Part shown: piece by piece, positions 26,201 through 38,200 of the stretch
Position numbering within the stretch: the first letter of the stretch is position 1
Layout: each line of letters begins with the position of its first letter
Origin: Amoebidium appalachense
Lineage: Eukaryota > Protista > Ichthyosporea
Assembly: GCA_963693365.1 (NCBI GenBank)
Contig: CAVNZM010000015.1
Coordinates: forward strand, 4,471,502 to 4,535,501
Direction: 5' to 3'
Length of the DNA stretch: 64,000 bases
The notes under the pieces: generated by a model
What the model saw: the letters and a program-made list of their open reading frames with translations, nothing else
The model's database searches: none
What the model was told of the DNA's origin: nothing
Made by a program: the position numbers and the translations under genes

Positions 26201-29200
26201 CCGGGTGGTGGTCTTGGTGGTGCCGGTGGCTGCAAGTAGTGGGCCCACCGATCGTGGGCAGAATCCCCGTTCGACCCACTTGGTGTCTTCGGGGTCAGGT
26301 GGGTCACCGTTGCCTCCTATCCAGTTTATCCATGCACATTGGTCTACCACCGTGGCTGCCGTATGGTGGTGCTGTGCCGTGGGGGTGTTTGGATGACGAG
26401 TGTGCAGGACGTTGTGGATGCAGGCTGTGATGGCGGTGGTCAGGGTGGGGACTTCCCCGGCATGGGCCGGGCAGGCCCAGAGGTGGGTGGTGGTCTCAGG
26501 GTGCTGGCTGCACCGGGGGCATGTGGGCTGTGTAACGACGGTGGGGTGATCTCGGTGTAGCCGTGCCATGGTAGGCAGGGTGCCCATGGCCAGGGACAGG
26601 CTACGAGTGTTTCCTCTGACTGCCCCGATGGTTGCCTGTGTGGGCCCCTTGTTGAGCTTGAGGGGGTTCCGTTCGGCTGGGAGCAGTCTGGGGTCGGCTA
26701 GTATGGACATAGCCTTGGTCTTGCCGGCCATGTCGGTGAGGAAGTCCTTGTTCAACCGGTTCAGTGTACCGGGAATGTTGCCGGGGATACGGTGGCCTTG
26801 TAGTCGTAGGAAGTATTTCCCCCCCCCCGGGGCCGGAGGTAGGGGGGGGGGGAGGGGGAGGACTCTTCCTGCATTGGCTGCCTTGTCTGCCTCGTTATTC
26901 CGTTGACCGTACCGTTTGGTGTTGGATTGGTGCCCCTTCACCCACGATACCTGTACAGAGCCTGGTTGCCGGAGAGAGAGTTGGTCTCGTACGTGAGCCC
27001 ATTCCACTATGTGGGGGAACTTTAGCTTGCGTCGAGGGGGTGTGGTGGGGTCTATATTTGCCGTCCATCGGTCGACTACTCCGAGGTTATCGAGCTTGAT
27101 GTGGATGGGGGTGGTGGTGGGGGTGAGCAGGAGGGCTAGTAGTACCCCTGTGAGTTCGGCTTGGGTGGATGATAGGGCCGTATGGAGCCTGGTCTTGGCC
27201 GTCACTGGAGGTGCTTTCCGGTCCGGGGTATCCAGTGCCGCCCCGGCTCCGGCCTGGGCTATCCTCCTGCCCGGGTGGATGAGGCTGCCGTCCGTATAAA
27301 CGGTGATCGGTTGGTCTGGGGGGATCAGGGTGATTTGCTGCTGCCACTCGTCATAGGTGGCCTGGGGCACCAAGTCGGTGTAGGTGAGCCTACGGGGAGT
27401 GGGTGGGCTCGGCAGGTCAGCCGGGTGGGCCGTGCACTTGTGTCCTGGTGGTGACCCTATCGGTGGTGGCTGCTGGGGGGGGGGTGGGCCGGGGAGGTCC
27501 CCCGGTAAGGGTGTGGCTTCCTCGTTGGCTTGCAGGTGGAGCATCTGGGGTGATGCCTGTTGGTGGGGGGGAAGATGCCGCCGGAAATGGTGTATCTTCC
27601 TCCACTGCTCGGCCGGATCGGAGCCATCCTTCAGTGCGATGACTTGGTAGATGTCGATACTGTCGGTGTTGATGAAGTCCTTGTGGTACTTCGGGACTAC
27701 CATGTGGGTGGTGATTCGGGTCTTGAAGGCCACGTAGGGGTCTGCCCGTATCACCTCCACAGCACGGGTCCACCCCACACACTGCTTGTTGTGGGTGTGA
27801 TTATCGGCTGGGGGCTCAGGGGGCTCGTATTTGCTGTTGGTGCTGTCGGTGTTAGAGTCCTCTGAGTCGTTGGAGTCGTCGCTGGGCCCCGTCGACTCCG
27901 ATTCTGGCTCCGTGTCTAACCCTTCCCCCTCTCCGTCTGCGTACCCGGGGTTGGGGGAGAGGGTGGCCGGGGTGTAGGCTAGGTTCCATGGGGAGTGGCC
28001 GTATTTGCAGTCACCAGGGCAAAAGCGGAAATGGGCTGTTCCATGTGGGTCGTTCCACGTGGGTCGGTGCCATCTCAGCCCCTCCTCCTCTGTGTTGTCC
28101 CGTAGATGGGCTATTTTGACCCAAGCCTCCCCGTTGTGGGTGGTGTGGGCCACCACCTGGCTGAGTTCGTATTGCCCGTTCTTGACTATTTCCACCACGA
28201 ATGCACCGACGGGGTGGTTTGGCACGAGGTCAATGGTGTGGTGGGTGTGTGGTCTGGGTGCTGGCCGTAGTTTGTCTGCGATGGGGATGGCCCCCTTGAT
28301 GATGGACCTGTACCACTGTGTAGCTCCCGGGTGTAGTAGGTCTGGGGGGTGGGGCAGTTCGGGGAACGCCCGGAACACCCCCGGCCGTACCATGGTGTCC
28401 TCCATCGTGTAGAGTTGACGGGGGTGTGTGTGGGGGCCGATGTGGGCCGCAAAGGTGTGGTCCGGGAAAACGGTGTTGATAGGGGTGCTGGTTGTTGTTG
28501 CTGCTTCCCCTCCTTCTCCTTGGGGGGAGGGGGGGGGGTGGGGTGGGGGTGCTTGTGTTTTTTGGGGGAGGGGTTTCCCCAATACTCAGGTGCCGCTCGT
28601 GAAGGATCCCCGTGATATGGGCCCAATAGTTGTGGAGCTGCTTTCCCCCTAGCCTGTAAAGTTTGGCTGGGGGTGCTTGCAGGGGTGGGTAGGGTAGGCC
28701 TGTCGCGTGTTGCTGCTGCCAGGCTCGGTACCGGACCACGTCCCCTGCTGGTCCTGGTGTTTCCAGCAGGGCACACAGCTCCGTAACCATGGTGCTGGCT
28801 GCTGATTCGACGATGCTGGCCAGTCCCCCTAGAGTGGGATGGTGTAGCAGCCCGGACGGGGTGCTCCGGTGGAAACCACACTTCCGACGGAGTAGGTCTC
28901 TCCACTTGCTGTCGATTGCCTGCATGGTGGTGTTGCTGATGACTGACCCTTTGAGGAGGAAGAGGATGGCCGGGGCCACCACACTGTTGGCTACGTAGAT
29001 CACTTGGCTGGGTGCCAGCATTTTACGGGCTAGTATGGTGGTGGCCCGTAATGTCAGCTGCATGGCCTTCCCATCGTTGGGCCGGGTGTGTCGTTGGAGG
29101 GTGATGTTGACCCCTAGCACTCTGATGTTTGCATCGGGGAGCTCGATCTGAATGGGTAGGGGTGGTGCTCCCGGGGATTTGCGGTACTGCATGGGGGCCA

Positions 29201-32200
29201 CTGTTGCCCGTGTTGGGGTACCACGGGCGAGGACTGAAAACTTGTCTGGGTGTGGTTCCAAGTCATGGTAATAAAAAAAGGGGGCAGATAAATCGAGAGT
29301 TTGCTGGATGCTCTCCTTGTTGGGGCCAAACCATGTTGTGTCGTCGGCGAAAGCTACAGACGTCACACACGGGGGTGTTTGTGCCGGTGTGTGGTGCTGT
29401 GTCTGTGGGGGTAGGTGGAAAGTGTACCCCTTGCCGTGCCTTTTGATGGCTGTTAAAACTGGATCGTAGAATATAATCCACAGAATGGGGGAGAGGACAG
29501 CCCCTTGGGCCAGGCCGTTTTCAACAGGGAAAGACTCAGTGTGCCCCTGGTCTGTGCACACCGTGGCCGTACGACTGTGCCACATGTGCCGGAGGAGGGT
29601 GATTAGCTGGGGGTCTGTGCCCAGGCGGGTGAGCCCCAGTTCCACCGAGGGCCAAGACACCGTGTCATATGCCCTCTTAATGTCCTGTTGGACGATCCAT
29701 AGTTCCTGGTCGTGGTCTATGGCATCCTCTATCGTCTCTCGGATGATAGCCAGCGCCCCGTCGATACCCGGGCCCGGCACGAACCCAAAATTCCCCCCCG
29801 GGAGGAGGGTGGGGTACTGCCGGAAGATCGAGAGTAGGCGCTGGTTGATGACCGATTCTAGCAGCTTCCGTGCCGTTTCCAAGAGTGCTATCGGTCGGGT
29901 TTTGTCGAAGTCACCTTCCCATTCCCCTTTCGGTAGGGGATGGATGGTGTGGTGCAGCCATGACCTCGGTGTGGTCCCCGTGGCCAGACATCCGTTGATG
30001 ATATGTAGGAGCCATGCTAGCCCCTTTGGCCCCAGGTGTTGGAAGTATTCGTACTGGATTTCCGTTGGGCCGGGGGCCTTCCCCCCCCTGTCGGCTTTGG
30101 ACGATCTGTTGGAGCTCGTCGTGGGTGGCCGGGTGCATTATAGACCCTAATGGGGAGTCTTCGGGGGGGATCGGTCGATAGATGTCGGCCCACATTGGGT
30201 CGGCGAGCATCTCCTCGATGTGTGGGTTCCTGCGGGCCGTCCACCGGTGATAAGTTTCACGAATGACGGGCTCCGTGTCAGCCCACTCCGTGAGGTACTC
30301 AGTGCCCGTTGGGGTGACGTGCTTGACTAACGTAGCCGAGACGTTCACACTCCCCCGGTCTAAAATGCTGCTTAGTACTCGCCGGAGTTCGTCCACCATA
30401 CGCTTGCACCGTGCTTCTGCTGCTGCTGTTGCCCGTAACCAAAGGAGTTTTTGCCGTTTCCTTCGGAGTTGGGACCTGTATAGTTGTAGTTGCTCCCGCA
30501 TGGTTGCCTCCCACTCCTCCCACTGCCTCCCTGTCTGAGACAGGTGGGCTGCTGGGGGGGTGGGGTGCTGCTGCAGGGTGGGTGACCCGTGCCGCGCCTG
30601 CTGGCCAGGGTTGCACTCTGCTGCTGTGGGCCGTTGCGGCTGCGTGGGTGTGGTCTGTAGCTGTTGGTTGCCCGTGGGTGGCCCTGGCAGGGTCTGCAGG
30701 CGGGGTGGCCCCTGCTTTGGCTGCCGGTGTGGGCTGCCTGCTTGGGCTTCAGCCTGCGGCTGCTGCTGCTGGCTTGGTTGCTCCTGTTGGTGCTGTCGGC
30801 TGGGTGGCCCGTGCTGGGCCTGCCGGCCGGGGCTGCAATCTGCTGCTGCATGCAGCTGCTGCAGTGTGGGTGTGATTTGTTGCTGCTGGCCGGGTAGCCC
30901 ATGCAGGGCCTGCAGGCTGGGCGGCCCCTGCTGTGGCTGCCGGTGTGGGCTGCCTGCTAGGGCTGCAGCCTGAGGCTGCTGCTGCTGGCTTGGTGGCTCC
31001 TGTTGGTACTGTCGGCTGGGGGGGCCGTGCTGGGCCGGCCGGCCGGGGCTGCACACTGCTGCTGCAGGCAGCTGCTGCAGTGTGGGTGGGGTCGGTTGCT
31101 GCTGGCTGGGTGGCCCCTGCTGTGGCTGCCGGTGTGGGCTGCCTGCTGGGGCTGCAGCCTGAGGCTGCTGCTGCTGGCTTGGAGGCTCCTGTTCGTGCTG
31201 TCGGCTGGGTGGCCCGTGCTGGGCCGGCCGGCCGGGGCTGCGATCATGCGGCAGCTGGTGCAGTGGGGGTGTGGTCGGTTGCTGCTGGCTGGGTGGCCTT
31301 GGCGGGGCCTGCAGGCTGGGTGGCCCCTGCTGTGACTGCCGGTGTGGGCTGCCTGCTGGGGCTGCAGCCTGTGGCTGCTGCTGCTCGCTTGGTGGCTCCT
31401 GTTTGTGCCGTCGGCTGGGTGGCCCGCGCTGGGCCGGCCGGCCGGGGCTGCAATCTGCTGCTGCAGGCAGCCACTGCAGTGTGGGTGTGGTCGTTTGCTG
31501 CTGGCTGGGTGACCCTGGCAGGGCCTGCAGGCTGGGTGGCCCTTGCTGTGGCTGCCGGTGTGGGCTGCCCGCTGAGGCTGCAGCCTGAGGCTGCTGCTGC
31601 TGACTGGGTGGCTCCTGTTGGTGCTGTCGGCTGGGTGGCCCGTGCTGGGCCTGCCGGCCGGAGCTGCCCGTCGCTGCTGCAGGCGGCTGCTGCGGTGTGG
31701 GTGTGGTCGGTTGTTGCTGGTTGGGTGGCCCTGGCAGGGCCTGCAGGCTGGGTGGCCCCTGCTGTGGCTGCCGTTGTGGGCTGCTTGTTGGGACTACAGC
31801 CTGAATCTGCTGCTGCCAGCTGGGTGCCTCCTGCTGGTGCTGTCGGCTGGGTGACCCGTGCTGGGCCTGCCGGCCGGGGTTACCCTCCGCTTCTGCAGGC
31901 AGCTGCTGCAGTGTGGGTGTGGTCGGTTGTTGCCGGCCAGGTGGCCCTGGCAGGGCCTGCAGGCTGGGTGGCCCCTGCTGAGGCTGCCGGTGTGGGCTGC
32001 CTGCTGGGGCTGCCGCCTGAGGCTGCTGCTGCTGGTTTGGCGGCTCCTGTCGGTGCTGTCGGCTGGATGGCCCGTCCTGGGCCTGCCGGCTGGGGTTGCA
32101 GTCTGCTACCTGCTGCTGCTGCCGTGTGGGTGTGGTCGGTTGCTGCTGGCTGGGTTGTTCTGGCAGGGCCTGCAGGCTGGGTGGCCCCTGCTGTGGCTGC

Positions 32201-35200
32201 AGGTGTGGGCTGCCTGCTGGGTCTGCAGCCTGAGGCTGCTGTTGCTGGCGGGGTGGCTCCTGTTGGTGCTGTCGGCTGGGTGGCCCGTGCTGGGCCGGCC
32301 GGCCGGGGCTGCACGCCGCCGCTGCAGGCAGCTGCTGCAGTGTAGGTGTGGTCGGTTGTTGCTGGCTGGGTGGCCCTGGCAGGGCCTGCAGGCTGGGTGG
32401 CCCCTGCTGTGGCTGCCGGTGAGGGCTGCCTGCTGGGGCTACAGCCTGCGGCGGCTGCTGCTGGCTTGGTGGCTCCTGTTGGTGCTGTCGGCTGGGTGGC
32501 CCGTGCTGGGCCGGCCGGCCGGGGCTGCAATCTGCTACTGTAGGCCGCCGCTGCATTGTGGGTGTGGTCGGTTGCTGCTGGCTGGGTGACCCTGGCAGGG
32601 CCTGCAGGCTGGGTGGCCCCTGCTGTGGCTGCCGGTGTGGGCTGCCTGCTGGGGCTACAGCCTGAGGCTGCTGCTGCTGGCTGGGTGGCTCCTGTTGGTT
32701 GGGTGGCCCGTGCTGGGCCTGCCGGCCGGGGCTGCACGCTGCTGCTGCAGGCGGCTGCTGCAGTGTGGGTGTGGTCGGTTGTTGCTGGCTGGGTGGCCCT
32801 GGCAGGGCCTGCAGGCTGGGTGGCCCCTGCTGAGGCTGCCGGTGTGGGCTGCCTGCTGGGGCTGCCGCCTGAGGCTGCTGCTGCTGGTTTGGCGGCTCCT
32901 GTCGGTGCTGTCGGCTGGATGGCCCGTCTTGGGCCTGCCGGCTGGGGTTGCAGTCTGCTACCTGCTGCTGCTGCCGTGTGGGTGTGGTCGGTTGCTGCTG
33001 GCTGGGTTGTTCTGGCAGGGCCTGCAGGCTGGGTGGCCCCTGCTGTGGCTGCAGGTGTGGGCTGCCTGCTGGGTCTGCAGCCTGAGGCTGCTGTTGCTGG
33101 CGGGGTGGCTCCTGTTGGTGCTGTCGGCTGGGTGGCCCGTGCTGGGCCGGCCGGCCGGGGCTGCACGCCGCCGCTGCAGGCAGCTGCTGCAGTGTAGGTG
33201 TGGTCGGTTGTTGCTGGCTGGGTGGCCCTGGCAGGGCCTGCAGGCTGGGTGGCCCCTGCTGTGGCTGCCGGTGAGGGCTGCCTGCTGGGGCTACAGCCTG
33301 CGGCGGCTGCTGCTGGCTTGGTGGCTCCTGTTGGTACTGTCGGCTGGGTGGCCCGTGCTGGGCCGGCCGGCCGGGGCTGCAATCTGCTACTGTAGGCCGC
33401 CGCTGCATTGTGGGTGTGGTCGGTTGCTGCTGGCTGGGTGACCCTGGCAGGGCCTGCAGGCTGGGTGGCCCCTACTGTGGCTGCCGGTGTGGGCTGCCTG
33501 CTGGGGCTACAGCCTGAGGCTGCTGCTGCTGGCTGGGTGGCTCCTGTTGGTTGGGTGGCCCGTGCTGGGCCTGCCGGCCGGGGCTGCACGCTGCTGCTGC
33601 AGGCGGCTGCTGCAGTGTGGGTGTGGTCGGTTGTTGCTGGCTGGGTGGCCCTGGCAGGGCCTGCAGGCTGGGTGGCCCCTGCTGAGGCTGCCGGTGTGGG
33701 CTGCCTGCTGGGGCTGCCGCCTGAGGCTGCTGCTGCTGGTTTGGCGGCTCCTGTCGGTGCTGTCGGCTGGATGGCCCGTCCTGGGCCTGCCGGCTGGGGT
33801 TGCAGTCTGCAACCTGCTGCTGCTGCCGTGTGGGTGTGGTCGGTTGCTGCTGGCTGGGTTGTTCTGGCAGGGCCTGCAGGCTGGGTGGCCCCTGCTGTGG
33901 CTGCAGGTGTGGGCTGCCTGCTGGGTCTGCAGCCTGAGGCTGCTGTTGCTGGCGGGGTGGCTCCTGTTGGTGCTGTCGGCTGGGTGGCCCGTGCTGGGCC
34001 GGCCAGCCGGGGCTGCACGCCGCCGCTGCAGGCAGCTGCTGCAGTGTAGGTGTGGTCGGTTGGTGCTGGCTGGGTGGCCCTGGCAGGGCCTGCAGGCTGG
34101 GTGGCCCCTGCTGTGGCTGCCGGTGAGGGCTGCCTGCTGGGGCTACAGCCTGCGGCGGCTGCTGCTGGCTTGGTGGCTCCTGTTTGTACTGTCGGCTGGG
34201 TGGCCCGTGCTGGGCCGGCCGGCCGGGGCTGCAATCTGCTGCTGCAGGCAGCTGCTGCAGTGTAGATGTGATCGGTTGCTGCTGGCTGGGTGGCCCATGC
34301 AGGGCCTTCAGGCTGGGTGGCCCCTGTTGTGGGCTGCTGGCGGGGGCTGCAGCCTGAGGGTGCTGTTGCTGGCTTGGTGGCTCCTGTTGGTGCTGGCGAC
34401 TGGGTGGCCCATGCTGGTCCTGCCGGCCGGGGCTGTCTGCTGGGGCAGCGGCAGGCCGATGCAGCAAAGTGGGTGTGGGTTGGTGCTGCTGGGTGGGGCT
34501 GCAATCTGCTGCTGCAGGCAGTTGCTGCCGGGTGGGTGTGGTTTGTTGCTGCTGGCCGGGTGGCCCATGCAGGCCCTGCAGGCTGGGTGGCCCCTGCGGT
34601 GGCTGCCGGTGTGGGCTGCCTGCTAGGGCTGCAACCTGAGGCTCCTGCTGCTGGCGTGGTGGCTCCTGTTGGTACTGTCGGCTGGGTGGGCCGTGCTGGG
34701 CCGGCCGGCCGGGGCTGCAAACTGCTGCTGCAGGCAGCTGCTGCAGTGTGGGTGGGGTCGGTTGCTGCTGGTTGGGTGGCTCTGGCAGGGCCTGCAGGCT
34801 GGGTGGCCCCTGCTGTGGCTGCCGGTGTGGGCTGCCGGCAGGGTCTGCAGCCTGCGGCTGCTGCTGCTGGCTTGGTGGCTCCTGTTCGTGCTGTCGGCTG
34901 GGTGGCCCGTGCTGGGCCGTCCGGCCGGGGCTGCAATCTGCTGCCGCAGGCAGCTGGTGCAGTGTGGGTGTGGTCGGTTGCTGCTGGCTGGGTGGCCCAG
35001 GCGGGGCCTGCAGGGTGGGTGGCCCCTGCTGTGACTGCCGGTGTGGGCTGCCTGCTGGGGCTGCAGCCTTTGGCTGCTGCTGCTGGCTTGGTGGCTCCTG
35101 TTTGTGCTGTCGGCTGGGTGGCTCGTGTTGGGCCGGCCGGCCGGAGCTGCAATCTGCTACTGTAGGCCGCCGCTGCATTGTGGGTGTGGTCGGTTGCTGC

Positions 35201-38200
35201 TGGCTGGGTGACCCTGGCAGGGCCTGCAGGCTGGGTGGCCCCTGCTGTGGCTGCCGGTGTGGGCTGCCTGCTGGGGCTTCAGCCTGAGGCTGCTGCTGCT
35301 GGCTGGGTGGCTCCTGTTGGTTGGGTGGCCCGTGCTGGGCCTGCCGGCCGGGGCTGCACGCTGCTGCTGCAGGCGGCTGCTGCAGTGTGGGTGTGGTCGG
35401 TTGTTGCTGGCTGGGTGGCCCTGGCAGGGCCTGCAGGCTGGGTGGCCCCTGCTGTGGCTGCCGGTGTGGGCTGCCTGCTGGGGCTGCAGCCTGCGGCTGC
35501 TGCTGCTGGCTTGGTGGCTCCTGTTGGTGCTGTCGGCTGGGTGGCCCGTGCTGGGCCGGCCGGCCGGGGCTGCAATCTGCTGCTGCAGGCAGCTGCTGCA
35601 GTGTAGGTGTGATCGGTTGCTGCTGGCTAGGTGGCCCATGCAGGGCCTGCAGGCTGGGTGGCCCCTGCTGTGGCTGCCGATGTGGGCTGCCGGCAGGGGC
35701 TTCAGCCTGAGGCTGCTGCTGCTGGCTTGGTGGCTCCTGTTGGTGCTGTCGACTGGGTGGCCCATGCTGGGCCTGCCTGTTGGGGCTGCCTGCTGGGCCA
35801 GCGGCAGGCTGGTGCAGCAAAGTGGGTGTGGGTTGGTGCTGCTGGGTGGATCCGGGGTCCCCCTCCTCCTGATACCACCCCGTCTGGGACGGGTGTGCCT
35901 GGGGGGAGGGGGGGGGGTGTCCTGGGGGGTGGGGGGGATGCCCGGGGGGTTGTTGGGGTCGGCTGTGTACAGTGGGATGATGGGACTGCTTGTTGGGGGT
36001 ACCGGTGGGGGGGGCTCCGGAGGGGGAGGGGGTGCTGGCCAGCCATATTGGACGGCCAGCTCCTTGGCCCTCTCCCAGAAACCCTGTGGATTTGCCGCCC
36101 GGTCCGTTGCATTGAGGAGCCGGTGTAGCTCCGCGTGCTCGTTGTCCTCCGGGAAGACCTTCGTCGGTTTTGACGTGGACTTCTCTGGTTTGCTCTTGGT
36201 CCGGCCCACTGTGGTTTTTGCCACCGAGAGAATGGTGGCGGCCATGTACTCCCATCTCCCTTCCACCTCCGCCTGGGTAGGGGTGGTGGTTGGGGGGGAC
36301 GTGAAGGCTGCCTCCGTGCCGGTGGTAAAACGTGCCCAGTCCTCCTGTGTGGTGTTCGGTTTCAGCTGGAGTCTCGGTGTGGGTTGGTTTCGGGTTGGCC
36401 CTGGTCCCTGGCCCGGCAGGTTAGGATGGGGCCCAGTTTCGCACCAGGCCAGGTGGTGGTCGGTGTGAAGATCCGGTAATTCCGTGACGGAGGCTGAGAC
36501 CAGTGCTGGGCGTAACGCCGCCGGGATGTATACGTAGTCGATGCGTGAGCGGTGGGGACCGCTGTGGTACGTATATTCCCTGGTGGTGGGGTGTTCGGCT
36601 CGGTAGCTGTCTATGAGTAGATGGGCGTCCATCTGCTCGTGGAGCAGCCCGGGCACGAGTCCTGTGGGCATTGCCTGTGCTGAACTGGGGCCGGTTTCGG
36701 GCCGTGCCCTGTCCAGAGTAGGGTGGCACACCTCGTTGAAATCCCCGGCCACGATGACAGTGGTGTCGTTGGGGGCCGGGAGGGAGGTGAGAAATCTGGC
36801 TACCTGTGAGGTGAGTCGACGGGCCTGTCTGACGTTTCCCTGTGTTGCATTCGTGTGTTGATAAAGTCCTATCACCCACGTTGTGTGCCGTTTTGTGTGA
36901 TATGGAATAGCTAGCATTCGTGCATTTTTGCTATGTGGTTTTCCTTGGTGTCTAAACCACGTTTCGTTTGTAAGTATCACCACCCCCGTGTAGCGGAATC
37001 GTGTTTCCTCCTGGGCTAGTGACGGTGTGGTTTGGTCATTGGACGAGCTCTCTGCCACCGGGATACCGGCCTCTGAGGCAGAGAGTGTTGTGTGTGTGTG
37101 TCCAGTGGTGGTGGCTGGTGGGCATACATACGTGGCACGCATGGGGATACCTTCGTTTCGAATGGAAAACTTTGTGCGTGTGAAGGAGCCCGGGGTGGTC
37201 CCGGTCTCCGTCAGAATGACTACGTCCATGTCTGCAAAGGCAGCCCACCTGGCTGCCTCGACGATCTTGTCCTGGCCGGTACGAGTGGTAGGTCCGGCCA
37301 GGTTTAAAGTTCCAATCCGAAGGTGGCTGTGTGGTTTGGCTGGTGGGAAATTTGCGTGGTTGATGGGCGAGACTAGCTCCCCTTCAAGTGCTTCCAGGGC
37401 TGTGTTCTGGTGGATCATGTCTGTGGCCTCTGGACCCGGACTTTGCGCCGTGCCAGTGCCGAGTGTTTGTGTGGTGTCGGGCGCTACCCCCCTTTGCCGG
37501 CGCCGGGTGTCCGGGCGGGGGGGATGGGGTCGGCATTATGCCTGCCCGTCCCCATGCGATGGGGGACGGGCACCTTGGTCAGTTCCCCGTGTCGAGTTAA
37601 CCGAGGACCTGTGTGGTGTGGATGGGCGTGTGGGCTGTGTGGGTTGGCGTTGTGAGGGGGCCCCTGGGGGCCCCCGCCTTGGTTGGGGGGGGCGCCGCTG
37701 TTGGGGTGTTGTGCCTCTGTGGGCCTCAATGGCTCGGTGGCTTGGGGGTCTCGGGTCTCTGGGGTAGAGTGCTCTCCCCCCTCCCCCCTCCCCCCCCCCC
37801 TAGCCCCGCCCAAACGGGCTTCCAGTGTGAGGGCAAGGCGGTCCCCTAGCCGTCGAGCATGCTAACCATCGACTGCTCCATACCCCTCAGCTGGGCAGTC
37901 GTATCCTGCACCTCACGGTGCACGTTGTGTATGGTGGCCCCCTGGCTGGCCAACTGTAGTTCGAGCCGGTTTACTCGAGCCGTCAGGTCCGCCACGGGGT
38001 CCCCTGTGGGCGACACCGGCGGAGGTGGGGACGGGGCCTGGTAGGGCTGGTGCGACGGCGCGGAGGCCAATGATTGGTCGTCTTCGTCTGGGGCCTCGAG
38101 TGGTGGTGTGTTGTCTGTGGGATGTGTGCCAGTGCTCTGCCCTAGCCGCGGGTGGTCGAGGAGCACGGTCGCCCTGTCCACGGTGGTGAGGCGGGCACGT

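Noticed and set aside
30560-35850. CRISPR-like array
   Set aside because: Contiguous tandem units without unique spacers, no cas genes, eukaryotic context.
30400-36470. Long + strand and alternative-frame ORFs over the array (e.g. 30933-32345 +, 31880-35152 -)
   Set aside because: By-products of a GC-rich repeat with triplet-multiple period. Only the Q/P frame connects to downstream ORF2.
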